Of a stretch of 64,000 nucleotides of DNA, positions 34,660-45,455 are shown one piece after another. The stretch covers positions 10,782 to 74,781 of the forward strand of contig JAHFJA010000003.1 in NCBI GenBank assembly GCA_023246095.1. The letters are read 5' to 3'. The notes under the pieces were generated by a model. The model was given only the letters and a program-made list of their open reading frames with translations, had not been told where the DNA came from and made no database searches. Source of the stretch: a bacterium (GTDB taxonomy: Bacteria > Patescibacteriota > Patescibacteriia > JACQRZ01). The position numbers were made by a program, and so were the translations under genes. Positions within the stretch are counted from its first letter, which is position 1; every line of letters begins with the position of its first letter.

Positions 34660-35259
34660 TTAATCGTCTGCCCAATCAACTGTTACATTTTTAAATGCGG
34701 AGAAATCTCTTGCTGCCAATTTTCCGCTTTCGCCGTGGTTTCCCCACCATGTTGTGTATGTTCCAACAGGTGCATGCTCTACAAACACTAGACCTTTACA
34801 TGGGAAATCTTGATTTAAACCTTCTTCGTTTGTTACTCCTTCTACACTTGCAACACTGAGGTCTCCTCTGTATCCATCTTCTGTATATGAGGCGGCAACC
34901 GTTTTTGGTACTGTGAAGTACTGAAGATAGTTTTGGGCGTCACTAATCCATTTAGGGTCTGTGATTTCAAGAAACCTTTGGGTTAATAAATTATCTTTGA
35001 TAATGAATTCTTCATTAAAGTATAATCCATCAGGCATTAATGAAAAATTTTCTTTGATCCAAGGGGTCAATATTTTTTCGTATGGATCCTCAGTATATGA
35101 ATCCTGGTCACTTAGTTGAATTCCTTCAAACCAAAATCCATACAATTCGCCTTTTTCAGGACAGCCCCATATTACTTTAGGTTTATTGTAATGATACTTG
35201 ACTTCATTCAATAAGGCCTTAACAATTTCAGGGGTAATTAAAGTAGCTGTTTTATTCAT
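34660..35259 (-). CDS. Hypothetical protein (about 199 aa)
   Basis: Start at Met 35259 with SD GGAGAAAG; the longer ORF to 35361 lacks an SD. Confidence 0.45.
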   Translation of the reverse strand: MNKTATLITPEIVKALLNEVKYHYNKPKVIWGCPEKGELYGFWFEGIQLSDQDSYTEDPYEKILTPWIKENFSLMPDGLYFNEEFIIKDNLLTQRFLEITDPKWISDAQNYLQYFTVPKTVAASYTEDGYRGDLSVASVEGVTNEEGLNQDFPCKGLVFVEHAPVGTYTTWWGNHGESGKLAARDFSAFKNVTVDWADD

Positions 35260-35536
35260 TTTTCTTTCTCCTCGGTTCACGATCCGAAAACGCTTAAAAT
35301 TGTAATTAACTAATATAAGTATAGCATAAAACTCAAGATAAGTCAAGCGTTTTATGGACATTTATATCCTTATAAATATAAGCTTTTTAGACGTATACTG
35401 GGTTTACTTGTAAATATAAGGAGAAACAGTATTTTATGGCTATTTTTGTCGAAAATAGGGGTAAAACAGGTAATTCAATAAAATAGCCCTTTTCTCTGTT
35501 TTTGCGTATACTATAAAGATCAATACCCTTACTCCC

Positions 35537-36394
35537 ATGCTCCTCCATGATAAAAAACTAAAAATCCTCGAAGAAAAGGCAAACGAGATCCGCAAAGATA
35601 TCATCAAAATGCTTGAGCATGCTGGTTCGGGGCATTCTGCCGGACCTTTAGGTATGGCGGATATTTTTACCGCGTTATATTTCCATGTTTTGCATCATAA
35701 TCCCAAAAAGCCCAATTGGCCGGAACGTGATCGCTTGGTGCTTTCAAACGGACATATTTGTCCAGTGCGGTATGTGACAATGGCGCATGCGGGGTATTTT
35801 CCTAAAAAAGAATTGATGACGTTGCGCCAGCTCGGGTCGCGTTTGCAGGGGCATCCGGAGAGGTCAATGCTTCCAGGACTTGAGACGAGCAATGGTCCTC
35901 TTGGTCAAGGACTTTCACAGGCAGTCGGTATGGCATTAGCAGGGCGCATGGACAAGAAAAAATATCACGTGTATTGCGCGATGAGTGATGGTGAACATCA
36001 GGAGGGACAAACGTGGGAGGCGGTCATGGCGGCGGGGAAGTACAAACTACGCAATCTTACGGGAATTCTTGATCGCAATAATATCCAGATTGATGGATAT
36101 ACAGAAGATGTGATGCCGTTGGAGTCATTGGCTGATAAGTACAAGGCATTTGGGTGGCATGTGCTTGAGATCGATGGGCACAATATGCGAGCATTTGTTG
36201 ACGCATGCGAAGAGGCAAAAACAATTTATGAAAAACCAACGATCATCATCGCGCACACCATTCCGGGACGCGGGGTGAGCTATATGGAAAATGATTATCT
36301 CTGGCATGGCAATCCGCCCAACGCAGAACAAGCGAGGCAAGCGCTTTCTGAATTACGGACATTGGGAGGGAAGATTGAAAGTGAACATCAATAA
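35537..36394 (+). CDS. tktA_N: Transketolase, N-terminal (TPP-binding) subunit
   Basis: GHSAGPLGMADIF...SNGH...GPLGQG motifs; split-gene arrangement. Confidence 0.85.
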   Translation: MLLHDKKLKILEEKANEIRKDIIKMLEHAGSGHSAGPLGMADIFTALYFHVLHHNPKKPNWPERDRLVLSNGHICPVRYVTMAHAGYFPKKELMTLRQLGSRLQGHPERSMLPGLETSNGPLGQGLSQAVGMALAGRMDKKKYHVYCAMSDGEHQEGQTWEAVMAAGKYKLRNLTGILDRNNIQIDGYTEDVMPLESLADKYKAFGWHVLEIDGHNMRAFVDACEEAKTIYEKPTIIIAHTIPGRGVSYMENDYLWHGNPPNAEQARQALSELRTLGGKIESEHQ

Positions 36395-36395
36395 T

Positions 36396-37382
36396 ATGTT
36401 CAACAAAGATCTTCATCTCAATCCTCACCTTTTCGACGCCGATGTCGAACAAATCCCTACGCGCAATGGGTATGGCGATGGGCTTTTAATACTGGGCGAG
36501 AAAAATAAAAACGTTGTCGTCTTGACAGCAGACTTAGCAGAATCCACTCGTGTTTTAAAATTTGGAGAAAAATATCCTGAACGTTTTATCGAATGCGGCG
36601 TGGCAGAACAAAACATGATGAGTATGGCGTCTGGTTTGGCGCTATCGGGAAAAATTCCATTTGTGTCTAGCTACGCAGTATTTAATCCGGGACGCAATTG
36701 GGATCAGTTGCGTGTCAGTGTTTGTGTTAATAATGCAAACGTAAAAGTTGTCGGTGCACATGCGGGGATTTCGGTGGGTCCCGATGGGATGACACATCAA
36801 GCGCTGGAAGACATTGCAATTACACGCGTACTACCACGCATGATTGTTGTCGTTCCTTGTGACTACGAAGAAACAAAAAAAGCAACGATTGCTCTCGGAG
36901 AGTTGGTCGGTCCTACGTACTTCCGTTTTGCTCGTGAAAAAACTCCTGTGATTACGACATCCGAAACGTCGTTCAATATCGGCCAAGCGGAAGTTTTGAT
37001 AAAAGGAAAAGATGTTTCAATTTTTGCATCAGGGCCTTTGCTATATCAAGCTCTTGTGGCGGCAAAGATGCTCAAATCAAAAGGTATCTCTGTTGAGGTC
37101 ATCAACAATCACACCATAAAACCACTGGATGAAAAGACACTTATTGCATCCGCAAAGAAGACTCGCGCGGTCGTGACCGTGGAAGAACATCAAATCATGG
37201 GCGGAGCAGGAAGTGCGGTTGCCGAGCTCCTAGCGCAAAAGTATCCTGTTCCTGTTGAAATGATCGGAATGCCTAATTCATTTGGTGAATCCGGAAAACC
37301 ACTTGAACTTATTGCCAAATATGGTATGGATACCCCTGCTATTATCAAAGCTATTACTCGCGTACTGAAACGCAAAGCATAA
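36396..37382 (+). CDS. tktA_C: Transketolase, C-terminal (pyrimidine-binding) subunit
   Basis: Transket_pyr region (ECGVAEQNMMSMASGLA), C-terminal domain; starts 2 nt after the N-subunit stop. Confidence 0.85.
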   Translation: MFNKDLHLNPHLFDADVEQIPTRNGYGDGLLILGEKNKNVVVLTADLAESTRVLKFGEKYPERFIECGVAEQNMMSMASGLALSGKIPFVSSYAVFNPGRNWDQLRVSVCVNNANVKVVGAHAGISVGPDGMTHQALEDIAITRVLPRMIVVVPCDYEETKKATIALGELVGPTYFRFAREKTPVITTSETSFNIGQAEVLIKGKDVSIFASGPLLYQALVAAKMLKSKGISVEVINNHTIKPLDEKTLIASAKKTRAVVTVEEHQIMGGAGSAVAELLAQKYPVPVEMIGMPNSFGESGKPLELIAKYGMDTPAIIKAITRVLKRKA

Positions 37383-37400
37383 TTTTAAGTTATCGGTTGT

Positions 37401-38138
37401 ATGTCACATCTTCATTTCCCTGATGGAATTTTGCCTATTTGGCTATGGGTGAGCGCGTATGCGGTAGTCGCGGTGTTGTTGGCTCTTTCTTTGTGGTATC
37501 TTTCGCGTAAAGACATTGCTCGAAAAATTCCCTTGATCGGCGTGTTGTCTGCAATGATGATTGTGGGGATGTCGTTTGAAATCATTGCTTTGGCGTATCA
37601 CATCAATCTTGCTGTTCCTACTGCCATTCTGTTAGGACCTGCGGGGACGTTGGTAGCCGCGTTTGTTACCAATTTTTTTCTCGCACTATTTGGTCACGGG
37701 GGAATAACAGTTGTAGGTCTCAATACTCTCATGCTGGCTATAGAAGGAATACTTGGATACTTTCTATTTTATTACGTCATTCGTGTGTCATCGTTGTTTT
37801 GGCGCGCAGCGAGTGCGACATTTATAGCATTAATGATATCGAGTGTGCTGGCAATTGGTATAACTGTCTGGGTGGCGCCCCAAGAATTGTCCAAACATGA
37901 GACAGGAGGCAACGGTATCCTTCGTCTAGAATTATTCATTCCTCAGTCGTCCGAAGGAGTGACATCGGAAATAGTTCCATCAACACAAGAGCAAAAAAAG
38001 GCAGACATAAAGCGGTTTATTGAAATATCTTTGACGCTTGGTGCGATTGGTTGGGTATTGGAAAGTTTGTTATCGGGATTTGTAGTTTCTTATATTGGTC
38101 GAGTCAAACCGGATCTTATTACTATGAAACGACGATAG
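37401..38138 (+). CDS. cbiM: ECF transporter substrate-capture component, CbiM/NikM family (Co/Ni)
   Basis: N-terminal MSHLHFPDGILP resembles the CbiM MHIxEGxLP start; polytopic membrane protein. Confidence 0.6.
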   Translation: MSHLHFPDGILPIWLWVSAYAVVAVLLALSLWYLSRKDIARKIPLIGVLSAMMIVGMSFEIIALAYHINLAVPTAILLGPAGTLVAAFVTNFFLALFGHGGITVVGLNTLMLAIEGILGYFLFYYVIRVSSLFWRAASATFIALMISSVLAIGITVWVAPQELSKHETGGNGILRLELFIPQSSEGVTSEIVPSTQEQKKADIKRFIEISLTLGAIGWVLESLLSGFVVSYIGRVKPDLITMKRR

Positions 38139-38140
38139 TT

Positions 38141-38851
38141 ATGTCTGTTGCATCACTTGATTATTATGCATACCACTCAGATAGCACGTTTTCGCGTGCG
38201 AGTGTTTGGGTAAAGTTATTACTTATTGTCGTTGTCGTGACGGGTATAGTCACGGGCAACGATATTCGTTTTTTGTTGTCGCTGTATGTGCTAACGCTGG
38301 CGGCACTGGTTGTCGCGAGTGAACAATCTTTTTTTGAACTATTTGCCACTTCGCTGTACCCGCTGATTTTTGCCGTCATTCTTGTTGTGGGGTTTTATGG
38401 ATTTAATCTCTCAATATTTTTTATTATTGCGTGTAAGGTGCTTGCGGCAAGTACGATTATGCTTGCTGTTCTTTCGACAACACCCTATCCGGCATTGTTT
38501 CGAGCGCTTGGATTTGTTATCACGCCGTTGTTGTCATCAATCATGATGCTCACCTATCGTTCATTTTTTCTTCTCATCAATGTGTTTACTGAAAGCTACG
38601 CGATGGTGCGTTTGCGAGGAGGTATAATGGCAACTCGTCCTATTCGGAGTTTGAAAAATCTTGCTTCGATAGTTGCGTTGACATTGGTTCGCGCTATCGA
38701 GCTGTCGGAAGTGCAATATGAATCCATGCGATTGCGCGGATTTTCAGGCTGTATGTACTATACTCCCCGAAAAAAGGCTTTACCAAGAGCGACGTTCGCG
38801 CTATTGTGTCTGTCAGCAGTTATCGCTATTATAGCTGTTCTTGCTTATTAG
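38141..38851 (+). CDS. cbiQ: ECF transporter transmembrane (T) component, CbiQ/EcfT family
   Basis: Polytopic membrane protein between the S and A components; starts 3 nt after the cbiM stop. Confidence 0.55.
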   Translation: MSVASLDYYAYHSDSTFSRASVWVKLLLIVVVVTGIVTGNDIRFLLSLYVLTLAALVVASEQSFFELFATSLYPLIFAVILVVGFYGFNLSIFFIIACKVLAASTIMLAVLSTTPYPALFRALGFVITPLLSSIMMLTYRSFFLLINVFTESYAMVRLRGGIMATRPIRSLKNLASIVALTLVRAIELSEVQYESMRLRGFSGCMYYTPRKKALPRATFALLCLSAVIAIIAVLAY

Positions 38852-38857
38852 TATTGT

Positions 38858-39682
38858 ATGGAAACAATCATCCACGCATCGTGTCTTAAACACGTATATC
38901 CTGATAAAACCGAAGTTGATCTTTGTGGTCTTGATTTTATTGTAAAAGAAAATGAACGTGTCGCGATTCTTGGGCCAAGCGGTTCGGGTAAGACGACGTT
39001 GCTTCGCCATATTTTGGGTTTGTTGACGCCTGCTGAAGGAAGCATCGAAGTATTCGGTTTTTCACCAACAAAGGAATTTGCAAAGATTCGCCATCGTATC
39101 GGATTTGTCATGCAAAATGTCGACGAACAGCTGACCCAGCCGACCGTGTTTGATGAGATTGCATTTAGTCCGCGTAACTTTGGACACAAAGAAGATGAGG
39201 TTATCGCTTTAACGGAAAGCATCATGACAAAGACAGGTATCATGGATTTGCGAGATAAGGTTCCGCATTATCTTTCAGGTGGGCAAAAGCGTAAAGTGGC
39301 GCTTGCGTCGGCTTTGGTGCTTTCACCGGAATTATTGATTTTTGATGAACCGTTTCAAGGTCTTGATCCGCAATCACGTAATGAATATATCGAGCTTCTC
39401 AATCATTTGACGAAAAACGAAAAAATTTCGACGGTAATGACCTTGCACGAAGTCGACCTCGTACCATTGCTTGCTGATGCGGTGTACTTGCTCAAACCGG
39501 GCGGTATGATCAGCAAAAAAGGGACACCGGAACAGGTATTTACGGATTATGAAAGCCTTAAAGAGTATCATTTAGAGCCGCCGGTACTGTTTCGGTTGTT
39601 TGCAGAGTTGAAAAAGAAACATCCTTCCATTACAATTCCTTTGACCGTAGAAGAAGCGGTTAAGGAGATTGGGGAGATATAG
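38858..39682 (+). CDS. cbiO: ECF transporter ATPase component (CbiO/EcfA)
   Basis: Walker A GPSGSGKTT, signature LSGGQKRKVALA, Walker B LIFDEP. Confidence 0.85.
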   Translation: METIIHASCLKHVYPDKTEVDLCGLDFIVKENERVAILGPSGSGKTTLLRHILGLLTPAEGSIEVFGFSPTKEFAKIRHRIGFVMQNVDEQLTQPTVFDEIAFSPRNFGHKEDEVIALTESIMTKTGIMDLRDKVPHYLSGGQKRKVALASALVLSPELLIFDEPFQGLDPQSRNEYIELLNHLTKNEKISTVMTLHEVDLVPLLADAVYLLKPGGMISKKGTPEQVFTDYESLKEYHLEPPVLFRLFAELKKKHPSITIPLTVEEAVKEIGEI

Positions 39683-39720
39683 TCCCGAAAGGACCCCTTT
39701 GGGGTGTGAATATTTGCATG

Positions 39721-39807
39721 CCGCGGTGGCGGAACTGGTATACGCACAGGACTTAAAATCCTGGGCTCGTAAGAGATTGAGGGTTCGATTCCCTCCCGCG
39801 GCACCAA
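39721..39807 (+). tRNA. tRNA-Leu (anticodon TAA), class II with long variable arm
   Basis: Hand-folded: acceptor GCCGCGG/CCGCGGC, anticodon loop CTTAAAA, T-arm GAGGGTTCGATTCCCTC, CCA encoded; 87 nt. Confidence 0.85.
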
Positions 39808-39843
39808 GGGTGTCTCTTTGAGACAGTTTGTGAATTTTTTATT

Positions 39844-40863
39844 ATGGAAGACGATTTTCTTACCAATGCTCAAGAGCAGCCCGATGAGCAGACGCTCGAT
39901 GTGCAGTTGCGCCCGCAGACGCTCGGACAATACATTGGTCAGGATACGATCAAGGAGAGTCTTTTGATATTTATAAACGCGGCAAAGCAACGTGATGAAG
40001 CAATGGAGCATGTGCTGCTCTCCGGGCCACCGGGGCTGGGAAAGACCACACTGGCCCACATCATCGCAAAAGAGCGGGGAGTCAACGTGCGTGTCACTTC
40101 AGGGCCTGCTATTGAGCGTGTGGGCGACCTGGCCGCGATTTTAACAAATCTTGCTCCTGGCGATGTTCTTTTTATTGATGAGATACATCGCCTCGGTAAA
40201 GTCATTGCTGAATGTCTCTATCCAGCCATGGAGGATTACGCACTTGATATTATTTTAGGCAAAGGACCAACCGCAAAAACAATTCGTCTTGATCTGCCAA
40301 AGTTTACGTTGATCGGTGCAACGACGCGCATGAGCCTGTTGGCGGCACCGCTTCGTGATCGCTTTGGTAATCACTATCATTTAGAGTTTTATACTCCTGA
40401 CCACATTTCACAAATCATAAAACGATCAGCATCTTTGTTGAGCGTGATTTTACCCGAGACCGCTGCATATGAAATTGCCACCCGTGCTCGTGCAACGCCA
40501 CGTATCGCAAACAGACTTTTGAAACGAGTTCGTGATTACGCACAAGTAAAAAATGCCGGCACTATTACAGAAGAAAATGCCATCGAGGCACTTCATGCAC
40601 TCGGGATTGACGATCTTGGCCTCGATAATCTTGATCGAAAAATTCTGGAAACAATTATTCAAAAATTTAATGGGGGGCCTGTTGGTCTGGGCACGATCGC
40701 TGCTTCACTTTCAGAAGACACGGAAACGATCGAAGAAGTGTATGAACCGTTTCTCATGCAAAAGGGATTTTTACAACGAACACCGCGAGGACGTATCGCT
40801 ACGGAACAAGCATATCTTCATTTAGGTCTTGAAGTGCCTGTCATGCAAAAACCGATGTGGTAG
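39844..40863 (+). CDS. ruvB: Holliday junction branch-migration helicase RuvB
   Basis: Walker [18 protein letters not shown], sensor and arginine-finger regions. Confidence 0.92.
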   Translation: MEDDFLTNAQEQPDEQTLDVQLRPQTLGQYIGQDTIKESLLIFINAAKQRDEAMEHVLLSGPPGLGKTTLAHIIAKERGVNVRVTSGPAIERVGDLAAILTNLAPGDVLFIDEIHRLGKVIAECLYPAMEDYALDIILGKGPTAKTIRLDLPKFTLIGATTRMSLLAAPLRDRFGNHYHLEFYTPDHISQIIKRSASLLSVILPETAAYEIATRARATPRIANRLLKRVRDYAQVKNAGTITEENAIEALHALGIDDLGLDNLDRKILETIIQKFNGGPVGLGTIAASLSEDTETIEEVYEPFLMQKGFLQRTPRGRIATEQAYLHLGLEVPVMQKPMW

Positions 40864-40874
40864 GTCTAAGTTTG

Positions 40875-40907
40875 GAATGTAAAAAAGGAAGTATTGTAAA
40901 CTTCCTT
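40875..40907. terminator. Bidirectional terminator AAAAAGGAAGTattgtaaaACTTCCTTTTTT
   Basis: Perfect 11 bp stem with A/T flanks. Confidence 0.75.
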
Positions 40908-40921
40908 TTTTGTTTTTTTAT

Positions 40922-41506
40922 CTATAGAAACATCAACAGTTGAAACGTTGGTGTCTGTGAAAATCCGTCGGTCATACCTATTTGGTGCAAGTACTCAATT
41001 CCGATAGATCCGAACTGTGTGTTGAATATATAACGCAGAGTAGGACCTATTGCTGGGTGCAGATTTTCTCCTAATACGAATGAACCCGCAAACAGATTAG
41101 GCAATATTTCATAACGTATGCTGCCACTGTAAAAATATGTAGGTTTTGAGATGCCGATTACATCCATTTCTAACGAGTAAGATATCTTGTCTGTTAGGGC
41201 ACCCCACGTAGAAATACTTACCATCGGCTGGTGTTCACCGACGGGGTAGTTCATTGAAATTCCTGGTTGGATAGCAATTTTTTGTCCTTTTAAGTACTCA
41301 TAAGAAATTCCTCCATAAATGAAAAATTGATTTACGCTTTTTGTAGTTTCCAGTGAGTTGAACACATTAAATTCCAAGGAAAAGTTTGAATCACCCAATT
41401 TTTTTTCTACATTCAGTACATTAAAGAGCCAAACGTCTGCCTGGGCTGGGCTTGCCAGCAATAATACCAGCACTCCTACTGACAACACACTGATTAATTT
41501 TTTCAT
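40922..41506 (-). CDS. Secreted beta-rich hypothetical protein (signal peptide, ends in aromatic residue)
   Basis: Start at Met 41506 with SD AAGGAGA; signal peptide MKKLISVLSVGVLVLLLASPAQA; alternating hydrophobic pattern. Confidence 0.45.
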   Translation of the reverse strand: MKKLISVLSVGVLVLLLASPAQADVWLFNVLNVEKKLGDSNFSLEFNVFNSLETTKSVNQFFIYGGISYEYLKGQKIAIQPGISMNYPVGEHQPMVSISTWGALTDKISYSLEMDVIGISKPTYFYSGSIRYEILPNLFAGSFVLGENLHPAIGPTLRYIFNTQFGSIGIEYLHQIGMTDGFSQTPTFQLLMFL

Positions 41507-41704
41507 TTTAATGATCTCCTTTTTTACAATATATATTTTTGAAATGGTTTTGTTGTAGGACATCAAATTTCCATTTCGAAGGGAGTATATCAGTTTCAGA
41601 AGATTTTGTCAATAGTTTGTTTACTAATATATAAATAGTCTCAAAACTTGATACTTTCTTGGAAATGTGTTATCCTATATATATCGTAATCTAGCGCTGT
41701 CACT

Positions 41705-42538
41705 ATGCTCTCCTACGACCCCTTACACCCTATACAAAGCGGAATCATACAATTGGTTGGAAAAGAGCCGGGGATTGAGGTACCTACTATTTTGGCTAAA
41801 TTAAAGACAGAATTCGGCGTTATGGTTTCAAAACAGAATCTTTATAAAATAATCGGGAAGCTTATTGATCATCAAGTGCTCGTTAAAAATAGACAGGCAG
41901 TTACTCTCCATCAGCCGTGGCTTGAAAACATGTATACTTTTATATCTAATGCCAAAGAGGTGTATCAAAATAAGGAATACATACAGGATTTTCAACTCGA
42001 AGAAGGTGAACAAAAGGTGTTTATGGCAGATTCGCTTGCTTTGTTGGATGGGACATGGGGGCACATCATGGGAAGTGTGTGTGATATAGCGCATTCTCAT
42101 CATTATTTTGTCTATCATCCGCACCCCTACTATCGGTTTGGTATGGCCGATATAGAACGGCGATACTGGCAGAGCATCTCCGACAAAGGCATTGCAATAC
42201 ATTTGTTGTATGGTAACAAAACATATCTTGATATGTATTCAAGTCAGGCAACGCCGATGCCGGGAACTCAGGATGTGTTGACCGACACACCACCGTTTCC
42301 TAAGGAGGGGTATTTTTTAAATGTGTATGATGATTATATAACAGAGGTGTATATCACTGACGAGATCGCGAGCAGATTTAAGTATTTTTATGATCAAGTT
42401 ACCGATATTTCACAGTTTGATATAGAACATTTTAATGATATTTTTCGAATGAAGGCACAAACGAAGTTTATTTTTAGACGATCAAAAAAAGATGCAGAAT
42501 TGTTAAAAGAAAAGTTTAGGAAGTATTTTTCAATATAG
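41705..42538 (+). CDS. Hypothetical protein with N-terminal winged-helix-like region
   Basis: N-terminal about 70 aa resemble a wHTH (LAKLKTEFGVMVSKQNLYKIIGKLIDHQVLV). Confidence 0.4.
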   Translation: MLSYDPLHPIQSGIIQLVGKEPGIEVPTILAKLKTEFGVMVSKQNLYKIIGKLIDHQVLVKNRQAVTLHQPWLENMYTFISNAKEVYQNKEYIQDFQLEEGEQKVFMADSLALLDGTWGHIMGSVCDIAHSHHYFVYHPHPYYRFGMADIERRYWQSISDKGIAIHLLYGNKTYLDMYSSQATPMPGTQDVLTDTPPFPKEGYFLNVYDDYITEVYITDEIASRFKYFYDQVTDISQFDIEHFNDIFRMKAQTKFIFRRSKKDAELLKEKFRKYFSI

Positions 42539-42613
42539 TATTAGACTATTTCTGCCCAGGGTGTACGCTATAATTACGTAATATGGAATTGAAAATCAAA
42601 AAAGGAGGATGTT

Positions 42614-42874
42614 ATGGACATTGATTATTCAAAAATCATGATTATTGCAGGAGATCAACAAGTACTATCGCATGCTACTGATAAAGATATTACATGGGTC
42701 AAACGATCAGAATGTGATCTTGCGGATGAAATTGCGATGAGTAAATTGTTGGCTCGACACACACCAACGTTGCTGATAGTGATAGGTTTGGAGACGCTTC
42801 CCTATAAAGCGGGTGGATTATTGGGAATCGAAAGACTTTGCAAAGAACGCAAAACCACGTATTTGATTCATTAA
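42614..42874 (+). CDS. Hypothetical protein (86 aa)
   Basis: SD AAAGGAGG before ATG. Confidence 0.4.
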   Translation: MDIDYSKIMIIAGDQQVLSHATDKDITWVKRSECDLADEIAMSKLLARHTPTLLIVIGLETLPYKAGGLLGIERLCKERKTTYLIH

Positions 42875-43019
42875 AGGTTATCGTACCTAATAATGAGTAT
42901 TGTCTTACATAATGTAAGACTTTTATTTTTTTGCCATATTCGGCAGTAAAACCATTGACAAGGAGTGGAAATACGGTATAGTCGGAAGTGTTATATAGTA
43001 GTCACAAGGAGTTCTTTTT

Positions 43020-43883
43020 ATGAAGAAAGGTTTGTTTGATAAAGTTGTAGTCATTGGCGAAAATGGTCAACTTGGCCAAGAGCTTATGAAGGTGTTTTCT
43101 GACGTAAAGCCGAGAGGTTTTTCGAGAGAAGAGATTGACTTAAGTAAACCAATGGATATTGGTGCGGTTTTGGCTAATTTCAGTCCAACACTCGTGATAA
43201 ATGCGGCAGCGATGACTAATGTTGATGCGTGTCAGATTAAGGCCAATCAGGAACCAGCAATGATAATCAATGCGATTGCACCTACTCTTATGGCTAGATA
43301 TTGTGAAGATCATCATATTCCTTTTGTTACGTATTCGTCTGATTATGCGGTCGCAGGGGCGAACAAACGAAAAGGATTATATTTTGAGACTGATGAGCCG
43401 TTGCCGCTAGAAAACAATTACTACGCAAGGACAAAAGCATCCATGGAAGAAATGGTTAATCGCAAAGGAGTATACACCGTCAGAACTTCATTTGTCTTTG
43501 GCAACGGAAAAAACTTTTTTAAAGCTGTATTAGAAAACGCGAAACATGGTAAGTCGATTCGTGTTGTTAATGATCAATTCCAATGTGCGACGTACGCAGT
43601 CGATCTGGCACGTCAGACACGATTGATGCTTGAAAAGGATATGCCTTCTGGTGTTTATCACGTCGTCAATGTAGGTGCATACACTCTCTCAGATATTGCT
43701 CGCAGAGTCATAGAGATAGCCGGTATTAAATGCGAAGTTATTCCGGTCACTACCAAGGAATATTACAAAGAAGCAACAACCGCTTTTGCATCTCGTCCTC
43801 GTCGGTCAGTATTGGTAAATACAAAATTACCGCCACTGCGCCATCTCGTAGAGGCACTCATGGAATATGTCGGTACACTATAA
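43020..43883 (+). CDS. rmlD: dTDP-4-dehydrorhamnose reductase
   Basis: RmlD_sub_bind pattern: VVVIGENGQLGQEL, VINAAAMTNVD, YARTK. Confidence 0.75.
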   Translation: MKKGLFDKVVVIGENGQLGQELMKVFSDVKPRGFSREEIDLSKPMDIGAVLANFSPTLVINAAAMTNVDACQIKANQEPAMIINAIAPTLMARYCEDHHIPFVTYSSDYAVAGANKRKGLYFETDEPLPLENNYYARTKASMEEMVNRKGVYTVRTSFVFGNGKNFFKAVLENAKHGKSIRVVNDQFQCATYAVDLARQTRLMLEKDMPSGVYHVVNVGAYTLSDIARRVIEIAGIKCEVIPVTTKEYYKEATTAFASRPRRSVLVNTKLPPLRHLVEALMEYVGTL

Positions 43884-43930
43884 AATAATCAGAATGATAT
43901 TGTCGTCGGCCCTACTTACCTGTAGGGCTT

Positions 43931-44719
43931 TTATTTTTGCTTACCAACTGAGATCACTACTTTAGCGCCATGTTCCATATCGTCGCCATTCCAATCATGT
44001 ATGGCGTTCATTATCGTCGCAAATTTGTATGTATAATTTTCACCCTTTGTATTGGTGCCCGGATCTTCTGTGATGAAATATCCACTAGGTGTGTATCCTT
44101 TTATTACCAGCATATGATACAGCGGTCCTGGAGCATGGAAATAGGGGTTACCGAGCATTCGTCCTGCGGAAGGCACCATGATGACCTTTTCCTGTGCTAG
44201 TTGCATTTTTATATCATCGATTGTTGGGTTCTGTATAAGCGTAACGTCAGTGAGACCGTAAAATTCTTTCAGAATACGTGTGGTTTCCAATGCGGTGGTA
44301 TCTTCGTAATGTCCAATGTTTTTATCTTCAAAGTCTTTTATTCGTAGCAGTTCGGTACTGATCCCTTCTGGTGAAGGAACTTTTTTCCCTAGAGCATAAA
44401 AAGCCGCGATTAATGACGATGCTTCTTCACAAAAATCTTGAAAAGGAAGATCCCAATTTCGCAAAGGCGCTTGAGAAGCAAACTGAACATCTTTCAGTAT
44501 AATACTTGATGGAAGTGTCGATAGCGGGATTGTCTTGGTGGGGGTTTGTGTTTTAGTTGGTTGAACTTTTTGCGGAAGCGTAAACGTGGGAATACTGGTA
44601 TTAAACGGTGTGGCTGACGTTTGTGTAGCCCCTGAATCGTAGGAGGTAGTATTTGATAATACAATAAATGCACCAACACCAATGAGAGTAACGACGATTA
44701 TGGGGATGTAAGGTTTCAT
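43931..44719 (-). CDS. Secreted peptidase_C39-like (papain-fold) domain protein
   Basis: N-terminal TM/signal, Pro/Thr-rich linker, C-terminal domain with candidate catalytic Cys (QDFCEEAS) and His (PLYHMLVIKGY). Confidence 0.45.
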   Translation of the reverse strand: MKPYIPIIVVTLIGVGAFIVLSNTTSYDSGATQTSATPFNTSIPTFTLPQKVQPTKTQTPTKTIPLSTLPSSIILKDVQFASQAPLRNWDLPFQDFCEEASSLIAAFYALGKKVPSPEGISTELLRIKDFEDKNIGHYEDTTALETTRILKEFYGLTDVTLIQNPTIDDIKMQLAQEKVIMVPSAGRMLGNPYFHAPGPLYHMLVIKGYTPSGYFITEDPGTNTKGENYTYKFATIMNAIHDWNGDDMEHGAKVVISVGKQK

Positions 44720-44842
44720 ATGCGTTCAATGATATCAAAAATGCGTACAAAAATCAAGGTTTATATAAAAAAGAAGAACATTGACGTTGGTGTCGGATAG
44801 GATACACTACACGTAGTTCATTTTAATGGAGAGGAACAGGTC

Positions 44843-45328
44843 ATGAAAAAATTTGTTCAATGGTTCTTGCGAACTTGGATAGGAAGAAAAATAGCTGAAA
44901 AGATAAACAGAGGCGCCCTGAACGAACAGAGAAAGAATTGGATGTTTTTTTATAGCGCAATTCTAGGAAGGGAAATTGAAATATCGATAGAAGAAATTCC
45001 TTCGCGTCCTGAATGTCCTCATGAGATATGTACGCTTTTTATCGGGATGTCATCAATACCGAGTACGGAGATTTTAGAAAATATTATTGAGTGGTTGCAA
45101 CTCGATGAATTTAAAGGGTTAGACGTCAGTTCTATACAGAACGATTTGAATGGAGATAGGAGTATCTACGCTGTATGGGTATGTAACATAGAAGAACTTT
45201 CTATACAGGAGCGTTTGTTGTATGAGTTTATGATGGTAACAGAAACTGATTTTGCCTCACCCTGGTTTTTTGAATTTTGTACAAAACTATCTCAAACAAC
45301 CCACTCTTCCTCTATCGTGGAGAAATAA
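44843..45328 (+). CDS. Hypothetical protein (161 aa)
   Basis: ORF only. Confidence 0.35.
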   Translation: MKKFVQWFLRTWIGRKIAEKINRGALNEQRKNWMFFYSAILGREIEISIEEIPSRPECPHEICTLFIGMSSIPSTEILENIIEWLQLDEFKGLDVSSIQNDLNGDRSIYAVWVCNIEELSIQERLLYEFMMVTETDFASPWFFEFCTKLSQTTHSSSIVEK

Positions 45329-45455
45329 ATATATACTAACAATGTAGTAACGAGGGAATCAACCTCGTTATTTTAATTTGTTGACTCTTGACGGAAAGCG
45401 AAATGTAGCGTAGTATCCAGTGGTTGTTATTTTGGGCCAATGGAGGTACCACACA

